Positions 40,726 to 49,417 of a stretch of DNA of 64,000 nucleotides are shown here, piece after piece. The translations under genes were made by a program, and so were the position numbers. The notes beneath the pieces were generated by a model. It had not been told where the DNA came from, did not search any database, and saw only the letters and a program-made list of their open reading frames with translations. Positions within the stretch are counted from its first letter, which is position 1; the number at the start of each line of letters is the position of its first letter. Where the stretch lies: NCBI GenBank assembly GCA_041659365.1, contig JBAZYH010000003.1, forward strand, positions 7,678 through 71,677. Reading direction: 5' to 3'. The stretch comes from Minisyncoccota bacterium. GTDB lineage: Bacteria; Patescibacteriota; Minisyncoccia; Phycocordibacterales; GWA1-40-21.

Positions 40726-41649
40726 CTATTTAAAAATCATAGAGCCACCATCAACTAGATTTAAAATTAACTCTCCTTTTGAGGTAAAGTTGTAACTTCT
40801 TACTTCGCTAGTCATTTTTGAAAAATCACTTTCTTGCGAACCTTCGCAATACATTAAAGTAGACATCATTTTATCAAAAGTTATTTCTTTACCTTTTACA
40901 ACATATTCTCCACCTACACCATTACAGTCTGTTGTAGCAGAAAAAGTTTTATCATTTTTAAAAGTAAGAGTAAAACTTTTTCCACTATTAGGTTTAACTT
41001 GTGTCCCGTTAGTGTATATAGTATTTATCCAAGTCCAAGTCTTCATATTTAGAGTCATTCTTGCTGGATCAGCTTCACCTTCAAAATTTTGAACAACTTC
41101 TCCAAACTGTAATGTTTTTGTATCTAATAATAAATATAAACTTTTTCCAAATGATGGTTGTATAACAAAACTTTCTCCAGATTTTCTATCTGCATAATTT
41201 ACAATAATTATTTTTCCTTTGCCTAGCGCAGTAGTTTGTGGAGCGATTCTATCACCTAAAAATAAACCTTGAGAACCAATAATTCCATTTATTGTATTTA
41301 ATCTGGCAACGACATAGTAAAAGATTCCACTTCCACCAGTTTCTTGGGTTAAAATAAAGGCGGTGTCTTCCCTGCCGTCTCCATCAAAATCACCCTTAAC
41401 TTCATTTCCAAAATAACGAGTTATTATCTTTGATGCAGATCTAGGAGTTATTTCTTTGACTGATATTCCATTTTTAAGGGTAACTTTTTCACCATTTATA
41501 ATATATGTTCCGTCGTAAGTATTTATTTGTCTACCATTTGAAAGATATATATCTTTATTTGTAAAATTAAATTTATATATTCCTAAACCTAAAATTATTA
41601 TTGCCAATAATATAAATAAACTGATAATAATTAATAATATTTTTTTCAT
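40726..41649 (-). CDS. Hypothetical secreted/membrane-anchored protein with FG-GAP/VCBS-like motif
   Basis: N-terminal TM. GDFDGDGREDTAFIL is a Ca-binding FG-GAP-like repeat. Confidence 0.4.
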   Translation of the reverse strand: MKKILLIIISLFILLAIIILGLGIYKFNFTNKDIYLSNGRQINTYDGTYIINGEKVTLKNGISVKEITPRSASKIITRYFGNEVKGDFDGDGREDTAFILTQETGGSGIFYYVVARLNTINGIIGSQGLFLGDRIAPQTTALGKGKIIIVNYADRKSGESFVIQPSFGKSLYLLLDTKTLQFGEVVQNFEGEADPARMTLNMKTWTWINTIYTNGTQVKPNSGKSFTLTFKNDKTFSATTDCNGVGGEYVVKGKEITFDKMMSTLMYCEGSQESDFSKMTSEVRSYNFTSKGELILNLVDGGSMIFK

Positions 41650-41757
41650 AATACCACTAATATTATCACATAATTTAATATATTAATTTAATAAAAAGAC
41701 ACGACCATATTATGTACCGTGTCTTAAAGTCTCGTCGAAGTGAACTCCTCCAGAAGT

Positions 41758-42399
41758 CTAACCGATAAAATGAGTGCCTGCTAGACCAATAAGGCTATTG
41801 GGGTTCTTACCATCCCAATGGACTGTTCCCTTAACAACTTCATTGGTAACAGACCATTGAAACAGGTGCTCGGCTTTATTTACCCGAACAGCAAGACTGT
41901 CTGCAGTATCACTTGAACGAATATCCACAGAACACCGAAAGAACACAGGACCTTGATCATATTTCTCTGTAACAAAGTGCATACACACTTCAGAGTATAC
42001 GATTTCATCACGCTTGAATGCAGCCAAGACTGCTTCATGAACATGATGACCATACATTCCTGGTCCACCAAATCGCGGAAGTGGTCCAGGGTGAATGTTG
42101 ATTGTCTTGTCCGGCGGAAGTCCAGTTACGAGCTTCAGCCAACCAGATAAGGCAACAAAGTCTGCCCCAGTTTCTTTGATATATCGCTGATAATTCTCTG
42201 CTGTCCAAGGACCAGCAAAATGGAAGAAAGGGACACAAAGTTTTTGTGCCCGATTGTAAACCCCACCATTGGCATAGTTCGAAACTACGCCAACAATGTG
42301 TGCTTCCAGTTTACCTTCACGTGACGCTTCGACAAGCTTTTGAAATCCAGAACCACCACCAGTACTATCACCTGACGCAAAAACAAGTAGATTTTTCAT
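41758..42399 (-). CDS. purN: Phosphoribosylglycinamide formyltransferase (PurN-like); foreign GC composition (~45%)
   Basis: VFASGDSTGG N-terminus and formyl-transferase core INIHPGPLPRFGGPGMYGHHVHEAVL (cf. NIHPSLLP...H). GC content is well above the window background. Confidence 0.7.
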   Translation of the reverse strand: MKNLLVFASGDSTGGGSGFQKLVEASREGKLEAHIVGVVSNYANGGVYNRAQKLCVPFFHFAGPWTAENYQRYIKETGADFVALSGWLKLVTGLPPDKTINIHPGPLPRFGGPGMYGHHVHEAVLAAFKRDEIVYSEVCMHFVTEKYDQGPVFFRCSVDIRSSDTADSLAVRVNKAEHLFQWSVTNEVVKGTVHWDGKNPNSLIGLAGTHFIG

Positions 42400-42568
42400 C
42401 TGCTAGTTTCCTTTCATTGTTTAAAAAACATTTAATCTCAGAGCTAACTCTACCAAAGGTTTTTATATAAATCAATTAAACAAAAAGAACCCCTAAGCCG
42501 CCATTACAGCAAGCTTAGGGGTTCATAGAGAACATCAAGGATTAAAAACCTTCGAACCTCACAATAAC

Positions 42569-43351
42569 TTAACGATTTTTCAGACACCATTCTCTGGCAT
42601 TCTGAAACATCTTAAGCCACGGCGAAGCTTCCAGATCCTTCTTCCATGATTCGGGCATATATGACCATTGCCACTTCAAGAAACACCTTTCAGGATGAGG
42701 CATCATTGCAAGATGCCGTCCATCAGGCGAACAGAGAGCCGTCAATCCGTGTCCCGAACCATTCGGGTTAAACGGATATTTTTCTGTCGGCTCATTATTC
42801 GAATCCACATAGACGAGAGGTGCAAGATTTTTCTCAAACACTTCATCTAGTATTTTCAAATTGGGAAACACCAACTTTCCTTCACCATGAGCAATATGGA
42901 TACCAAGTGTTGATCCTTCCATATCCGCAAGTAGTACTGACGGACTTGGTTGAATCTTCACTTGACTCCACCTGGACTCAAATCGCCCAGACTTGTTGTG
43001 AATAAACCGCGGTTGAATTGTTTCGTCCAATCCTTTCCACGGCACCCAACCAAGTAATGCAAACAACTGACACCCGTTACAGACTCCCAAGGAGAACGTA
43101 TCTTTCCGGTCGTAAAACCGGTCAAACATTTCTCTGAGAATCGGGTTGAACTTAATTACTCCAGCCCAACCTTTGGCACTCTCAAAGACATCCATGTACG
43201 AGAACCCGCCGGTAGCGACAATACCCTGGAATTCCTCCAGACTTATCCTTCCCGCCAGTAAGTCACTCATTGTGATGTCATAAGGATCCAAACCAGCGGC
43301 AAAAAATGCCGCCGACATTTCACGATCACCGTTCGAGCCTTCTTCACGCAA
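42569..43351 (-). pseudogene. purL: 3' fragment of a large-type FGAM synthase (purL) gene: C-terminal class-I glutamine amidotransferase domain only
   Basis: REEGSNGDREMSAAFFAAGL...GVCNGCQ...MMPHPER is collinear with the last ~255 aa of ~1300-aa PurL. The reading frame is abruptly replaced at 43352 by recombinase-derived sequence. GC content ~45%. Confidence 0.8.
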
Positions 43352-43356
43352 GACGG

Positions 43357-43701
43357 CAAATAAATATGTTTACTACGGCTGTACTCGAGCAAGAAATATT
43401 AATTGCAAAGAAGGTTATATTGAAGAAAAAGTTCTTATTAATCAGCTTTTAGAGATAATAGACAAAATTGATTTAGATTCTTCAGGAATAAAGAAAAAAC
43501 TCAGTGCAGAAATTGAACGCCACAAAAAATTCCATTCAAATATAATGGGTAAAAAGAATGAAGTGTATGAAGCAAAGGATGTTGATGTAAGAAACTATGC
43601 AAAGTACCTATTAACTGATGGAACAATGTTTGAAAAACGGGACTTGTTGGTGTGTTTAAGGAGTAAGCTTTTACTTAAGAATAAATTTATTGATTTAGAT
43701 T
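43357..43701 (+). pseudogene. 3' fragment of a large serine recombinase gene (near-identical copy of the last ~115 codons of CDS 48113-49417)
   Basis: Translates to KYVYYGCTRARNINCKEGYIEEKVLINQLLEIIDKIDLDSSGIKKKLSAEIERHKKFHSNIMGKKNEVYEAKDVDVRNYAKYLLTDGTMFEKRDLL, near-identical to residues ~320-434 of the intact recombinase. Confidence 0.8.
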
Positions 43702-45491
43702 AATGATCTATCATTTAAATCAACACCATCTAATGCTGATATAGATCCTGTTGGGGGTTCAGTAATTTCTACTTCTGGACCACGTCCAAAACCCATAGTA
43801 TAGAAGAATTTTCCATACCTGTATTTCATATCATCAGGTAACAAAACATCTTTCATAAACTTTTCATTAACCATCAGAGTATCGGTATCTAAAAGAGGTT
43901 TTAGATCAATATAAAGAAGCCGTCTCATTCGTTCAGTTTGTTCATATTTCCATCCTCTCCCTTTTCTATCTGCACTTGTAGCGAGCGCAAACCCAAAAAA
44001 AGTTAGGTAGCTTCTTAATACACCTGGATAATGTTTTTTAATAACATTGATGGCTATCTGTTCCCAAATTCTTTTTTCAAATGGTGCTATATAACCTTGC
44101 TTATACTGACTTTCATAAATCATACCGTGTAATAATTCTAGTACGGTATGGTATGTATCATTTGTATGTTTAATGTAGTCTAAATGTGTAAAAGCTTGAT
44201 ATAAAGTAGCGGCAATCCCCTCATTAATAGTTGAGTTAGAGTAAAATCCCGCTTCTGTAGCAGTTTTCTCACGTTCAATTACTACTTGATTAAATTCATC
44301 TTCATAAGCAAGAAACGGGTAATCATGACCAAGAAAATTAGCAATTATGTGTAGCGACCACCATTTGTCTTTCAATACATATTTTGTATCAACACCACGT
44401 TCCTCTTCAGTATTAATTTCCAAACATAAATTATTAAATATTGAACTCAAATGAGAGAGTCCGTCATTGATATGACGAGCAGGAGCTAAACCCGTTTTTA
44501 AATATGCTTCTATTGCCTGTGAGAGAGCTTCTATAAAAACTTCAATCTGTATATTATTTAAACCAGATTGCATTTTGTAATCAATGGATGGCCAACTAAA
44601 TATATTAAAATTTGAAAGAATAAATGTAGATCCAAAAAGACTCCCGTAAAGATTAGTGGAAAGTGCGAGCCCACTCTTATCAAGGTGTGTATAGAGATAA
44701 GAATTTTGGTCAGAAAATAAATTTCTTACAATTCTGGGGAACCCTCGCACTCGCTGTTCAGTCAATTTATGTTCTTCTAGTATAAATATTATGTAACGAA
44801 GCGCATCTAATCTTTTTGTGGTTATTAAATCTACTATAGAAGCTTCGCCAAGAATCACATCAAGAATATTAATTGCAGATTGAGTTCCTTTGTTGTTGTA
44901 ATCTTGTTTTGCAAATTGACAGATATTATCCAAATTTTCTAAAAGTGCATTTAAAATTACATTGAGTCGTTCAGGGTTTGATCTAGATAATTCTCTAACC
45001 ATAACTTCATAAAATTTTCTTGAATTCTCTACCTTAAAAAGTTTTTTATTCGTGGCTTGTACAAAAAGAAACAATATTGAAAATGCTATTAAAATACTTG
45101 CTAAAATTTGCCAAAAAATCGATAATTGAAATACATACACAGGATTCTCAATAAGAATTATAGAAGAAATTATTGAAAATATAACTCCCAATGAAAGAGT
45201 TATAAAAACAACAGGTTGAATATAACTTTTAACTCGTAGTGCAATAAACCACTCTTCTTTTCTAAATTGATAAATTGCAAGCAAAATTGCTATGGAAGCT
45301 AATGCTTCGCCGACAGAGAAAAATATTGGTGGGTTTTGATAAGGATAGTTTGTTAAATTAAGAGTTAGAAAATGCATAATTGATTCAGCTACAGTTCCTA
45401 AACTATTTTTCGGAAGATAAATTAGTATAAAGAAAAAAACACAAGCAATAAGTTTGTAAAAATCGGCTTTTGTAATTTTTTCGTCTTCCAT
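43695..45491 (-). CDS. Hypothetical 598-aa protein: N-terminal 4-TM region plus large cytoplasmic alpha-helical domain
   Basis: No recognisable catalytic motif. Located inside the island next to the recombinase fragment. Confidence 0.45.
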   Translation of the reverse strand: MEDEKITKADFYKLIACVFFFILIYLPKNSLGTVAESIMHFLTLNLTNYPYQNPPIFFSVGEALASIAILLAIYQFRKEEWFIALRVKSYIQPVVFITLSLGVIFSIISSIILIENPVYVFQLSIFWQILASILIAFSILFLFVQATNKKLFKVENSRKFYEVMVRELSRSNPERLNVILNALLENLDNICQFAKQDYNNKGTQSAINILDVILGEASIVDLITTKRLDALRYIIFILEEHKLTEQRVRGFPRIVRNLFSDQNSYLYTHLDKSGLALSTNLYGSLFGSTFILSNFNIFSWPSIDYKMQSGLNNIQIEVFIEALSQAIEAYLKTGLAPARHINDGLSHLSSIFNNLCLEINTEEERGVDTKYVLKDKWWSLHIIANFLGHDYPFLAYEDEFNQVVIEREKTATEAGFYSNSTINEGIAATLYQAFTHLDYIKHTNDTYHTVLELLHGMIYESQYKQGYIAPFEKRIWEQIAINVIKKHYPGVLRSYLTFFGFALATSADRKGRGWKYEQTERMRRLLYIDLKPLLDTDTLMVNEKFMKDVLLPDDMKYRYGKFFYTMGFGRGPEVEITEPPTGSISALDGVDLNDRSLI

Positions 45492-45521
45492 GAAATGGAT
45501 TATACCAGAATAACCCCTTTA

Positions 45522-45551
45522 GGTCTTTCGATACTTTTATTCTTTGCTGCG
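45522..45551. repeat. att-like direct repeat copy 1 (GGTCTTTCGATACTTTTATTCTTTGCTGCG)
   Basis: Shares GGTC(C/T)TTCGATACT...CTTTGCTG with the copies at 54781 and 55588. Confidence 0.55.
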
Positions 45552-45655
45552 ATGTCTGGTCTAGTACGTACTGCACTAGATGTGATAAAGCTATTTTAGC
45601 ATATTCTAGACTCAGTCCCTAACCTGTTTAGGTCTATAATTATTCACGATAGCTT

Positions 45656-45865
45656 TAACAGTAAATACTGTTAATTTACTGTTAAAACCTTATTTTTACG
45701 CTATCACTTTTTTTATACTATTTTATGACCTTCTTGCAGTATTAACTGCATATTTACTGCAAGAACTACAAAATGACTTTTTATAAAATTGATGATTTTA
45801 GTCTATTTTTTATCTATTCTTAAAAAGCTGCTTTGCCAGTATTTACTGGCGATTTACTGGCAAAA
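45656..45865. repeat. Three related operator/iteron-like sites, each an inverted repeat followed by a direct repeat of TTTACTG(GC)
   Basis: CAGTAAATACTGTTAATTTACTG (45656-45690), GCAGTATTAACTGCATATTTACTGC (45738-45768), and GCCAGTATTTACTGGCGATTTACTGGC (45832-45865). Confidence 0.5.
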
Positions 45866-46027
45866 TAATAAAAAACACTTTTTATTATTAAACATGTTTT
45901 TTGATTACTTTTTAGGCAGTGTTCTAACACGTTTACAACATATATGTCAAATTAGTTGTTATGATTAATACAAAAATACCGTTCCCTATTTCAGAAACAG
46001 TATCTCTGTATTAATATATATTATAGA

Positions 46028-46693
46028 TTATTTATATACTTCCAATGATCCAGAAAATGCAGTAACTTCAGCAACTTTTTCATTTGAATATGCATCTAGA
46101 ACTTGGAAATGATGATATCCGGTTATTTTCTCTTTAAGAGTTGCTATTTTAGCCAAAAAGTCTTTCTTAAAAGCTACTGTTTGTGTATACCAAATTTTTC
46201 CTACATATATAACATTCGCTTTATTAGAAAACTCATATGAAGTTACAAGTCCCGCTTGTTTAGCTAAAGAAAATACAGAATCTAATTCTTTTTGTGCTTT
46301 TTGTTTTTCTTCTTCAGAAATAACATTTTTTGTAGTTGTACTTTTTACTACCTCTTTATTAGTATTTTGTATATTACTGTTATTAATTTGATTATTTACA
46401 CTACTAGTAAAACCAGGATTTCCATTAAATCCAGAAAAAGAAAGTAGTATTAACACAATAGCAACTAGAAAAACTTCTTGTTTGCCAGATAATATAAAAT
46501 TATATTTTTCTTTTATTTTCTTAGATACTGGAGGTAATAATATAAGACCTACAATTATTAGTATGACCTTATAAAATAAATTCATTCCTATACCACCTAA
46601 CCCTGACAACACAAAAAATATTCCAAATATCCAATTCCATTTTGAAGTTTTTGGTTGAACCTTAACTTCAGAAGGCTGATTTTCATTATTCAT
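46028..46693 (-). CDS. Hypothetical membrane protein (221 aa)
   Basis: Two N-terminal TM helices, an Asn/Ser-rich linker, and a C-terminal soluble domain. Confidence 0.4.
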   Translation of the reverse strand: MNNENQPSEVKVQPKTSKWNWIFGIFFVLSGLGGIGMNLFYKVILIIVGLILLPPVSKKIKEKYNFILSGKQEVFLVAIVLILLSFSGFNGNPGFTSSVNNQINNSNIQNTNKEVVKSTTTKNVISEEEKQKAQKELDSVFSLAKQAGLVTSYEFSNKANVIYVGKIWYTQTVAFKKDFLAKIATLKEKITGYHHFQVLDAYSNEKVAEVTAFSGSLEVYK

Positions 46694-46958
46694 AAAACTC
46701 TAGCGGGTTTTAATCGATAGAGGTAGAGCCTTCGTGAACAAAGAGCTCCCCGCCATCGCGATAGAACCTTTCGGCCCTACCCATACCAGTTTCCCGATAT
46801 GACCCGCTAGAGTGACTCTGACGAGGAGTCCTTTGTTCTCTAGCGGGTTTTGCAACCATATCCTTATTTCTAAGGGGTTAGGTCGACTTTTATTAAATTG
46901 TTATTGATATGATAGCACAATAAAAGCTATCATAAAAGTATACTAGCTTAAATTAAAA

Positions 46959-48065
46959 TTATTGTGTAGTAAAATTATCTACTTCTTCAAAAAAAGATTC
47001 AATTATTTTATCTTTCCTGTCAGAATAAGCAAACTCAAATATACTACTTAGTATTGCTTCTTCAATAATTCCGCCTATTATATATGGTTTAATATCACTA
47101 TTGGGTTTTATATAATACAGACATCTATTTATAGTAATTGGTAAGTAAATTAAAAAATTTTGATTTAATTCCCACAAAAAAATACCCAAAGATCTAAATT
47201 CATTAATATCATAAATATTAGCTGGGCTATCGGATAAATAAAAGAAAGCAGGTTCTTTTGATTCTAACATTCTTAATTCATATTTATACAACAACCCTGA
47301 TAAATAGTCAGCCGTTAATATTGATATTTTAATAATTAAATTTTCCATTCCAACTAAAGATTGATTGTTTTTATTTGTAAATTTAAAATATTCTACTGGA
47401 TTTATATTATAATAATTATCAAAAAGTGCTTTTTTAAAAAAATCTTTTTTTGTCATTTCCTCTATATTAATCTTTTTTTCTAAACTTAAATATTCTAAAA
47501 TTAATCTAATTTGAAGAAAAAATTTTGGAGTTCTTGTATATTGAAAAGCAATAAAAGAAGTCAAAATGCTTCTCTCAAAATTCGTCAAATTTATTTCATC
47601 ATTTTTAATTATTTTATTAATTATTCTTGACGTATATTTTTCTAAGGTTAAAGCAAAAATTTGCTTTTCTATAAAGTCACTTTGTTGCTTAGTTTCTTTA
47701 TCTCTAAAAGAATATAAATTAGGTGTACAAGCAGCCTCCTTATAGATTGAAATTGGATTATTTTTTTTAAAATATCCGTACTGATAAATTTGTCCTGTTC
47801 TAGGAATACTAAATCTTTTTAATAAAAATTTAGGAATATAGTGGTGAACAGCTTTTTTGTGTTCCAAAACATATACATCCTTTATTAACTTATTATAAAT
47901 ATTAAAAATAAACTTAGCTAAAAAAACTTTATCGATTTCCTTATCTAGACAATAAGACATAATTTTATCTGCTAAGATTAATCTTTGGTGATTAATTATC
48001 TTATTAATCTTATTAAAAATAATCATATACAATATATTATACTTTAATATAAAAATAGTTATCAA
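46959..48065 (-). CDS. DUF4238-like protein
   Basis: HHYIPKFLLKRFS resembles the DUF4238 N-terminal HYVPQFYLKNF signature. The true start is probably the internal Met at ~47960. Confidence 0.45.
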   Translation of the reverse strand: MITIFILKYNILYMIIFNKINKIINHQRLILADKIMSYCLDKEIDKVFLAKFIFNIYNKLIKDVYVLEHKKAVHHYIPKFLLKRFSIPRTGQIYQYGYFKKNNPISIYKEAACTPNLYSFRDKETKQQSDFIEKQIFALTLEKYTSRIINKIIKNDEINLTNFERSILTSFIAFQYTRTPKFFLQIRLILEYLSLEKKINIEEMTKKDFFKKALFDNYYNINPVEYFKFTNKNNQSLVGMENLIIKISILTADYLSGLLYKYELRMLESKEPAFFYLSDSPANIYDINEFRSLGIFLWELNQNFLIYLPITINRCLYYIKPNSDIKPYIIGGIIEEAILSSIFEFAYSDRKDKIIESFFEEVDNFTTQ

Positions 48066-48112
48066 CTCCTCAAAACTAGACTTCTCAACTTTCTTAGAGT
48101 ATTTGTGTTGTC

Positions 48113-49417
48113 ATGCAAACGCAAAACCCGCTAAATGTGACTCTAGACGAAACAAAGGCCGTAAATTACTGCTTATATGCCCGTAAATCAAGCGAGGCCG
48201 AGGAGAGACAAGCTTTATCGATAGATTCTCAGCTTAAGGAAATGTTAACCATTGCACAGCGAGATGGACTCAATATAATCGAAATTTATAGAGAATCTCA
48301 CTCAGCAAAAGATTGCGGGCAAAGACCAGTTTTTAATCAATTAATTTTAGACTTAAAATCAGGAAAGTTTAATGGAATACTTGTATGGCACCCAGACCGA
48401 TTATCAAGAAACGCTGGTGACCTCGGAGCTCTTGTAGATTTACTTGATCAAAAGAAACTGGTTGAGATAAGAACTTTTAGTCAAAGATTTACAAACAATC
48501 CAAATGAAAAGTTTCTATTAATGATTCTTGGTTCCCAAGCAAAACTTGAAAATGATAATAAAAGTGTAAATGTAAAACGTGGATTAAAAGCAAAGTGTGA
48601 AATGGGACTTTGGCCAGCACAAGCACCAACCGGATATCTAAATTCAAAAAATAGAGATCAAACAGGTATAGTTTTTGTTGATCCAGATAGAGCACTTGTT
48701 ATAAAAGAAATATTCCGAAAAGTAGCTTACGAAGGTTTAAGTGGTAGAAAAATATTTAAATGGCTAAAGGATATAAAATTTGTAACAAAAAATAATAAAT
48801 CACTGACACTAAGTAATATCTATACAATATTAAACAATCACTTTTATTATGGAAGCTTTGAATATCCAAAAGAAAGCGGTAGATGGTTTCAAGGTAAACA
48901 TATTTCTTTAATATCAAAAGATCTATTTGATGATGTACAAAGACAGTTACATACACAAATAAAAACTAATGTAAAAAATAAGGAATTTACTTTTACTAAA
49001 ATGCTCACATGCGGAGGTTGTGGTTCTGGAGTAACAGCTCAAGAAAAGTATAAAACACTAAAAGATGGGACGATAAATAAATATGTTTACTATGGTTGTA
49101 CTCGAGCTAGAAATATTAGTTGTAAAGAAGGTTATATTGAAGAAAAAATCCTTATAAATCAACTTTTAGAAATAATAGATAATCTAGATTTAGATTCTTC
49201 AGGAATAAAGAAAAAACTTTCGTTTGAGATTGAAAGACATAAAAAGTTTCATTCGAATATAATGGGGAAGAAAAATGAGCTATATGAAGCAAAGGATGTA
49301 GATATAAGAAACTATGCTAAGTATTTATTAACCGAGGGAACAATGTTTGAAAAAAGAGATTTATTAGGATGTTTGAAATCTAAAATTATCTTAAAAAATA
49401 AAATAGTATTTATTTAA
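48113..49417 (+). CDS. Large serine recombinase (resolvase N-domain + recombinase domain + zinc-ribbon)
   Basis: Catalytic YARKSSEAEERQALSIDSQ (Ser nucleophile) and DRLSR. C-terminal Cys cluster CGGCGS...YYGC. Length 434 aa. Confidence 0.85.
   Translation: MQTQNPLNVTLDETKAVNYCLYARKSSEAEERQALSIDSQLKEMLTIAQRDGLNIIEIYRESHSAKDCGQRPVFNQLILDLKSGKFNGILVWHPDRLSRNAGDLGALVDLLDQKKLVEIRTFSQRFTNNPNEKFLLMILGSQAKLENDNKSVNVKRGLKAKCEMGLWPAQAPTGYLNSKNRDQTGIVFVDPDRALVIKEIFRKVAYEGLSGRKIFKWLKDIKFVTKNNKSLTLSNIYTILNNHFYYGSFEYPKESGRWFQGKHISLISKDLFDDVQRQLHTQIKTNVKNKEFTFTKMLTCGGCGSGVTAQEKYKTLKDGTINKYVYYGCTRARNISCKEGYIEEKILINQLLEIIDNLDLDSSGIKKKLSFEIERHKKFHSNIMGKKNELYEAKDVDIRNYAKYLLTEGTMFEKRDLLGCLKSKIILKNKIVFI

Noticed and set aside
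46806-46835. Hammerhead ribozyme call based on CTGACGAG
   Set aside because: Only the CUGANGA-like half of the core is present. No GAAA/CGAAAC partner in a foldable arrangement was found by eye. Kept only as a possibility within the GC-rich segment finding.
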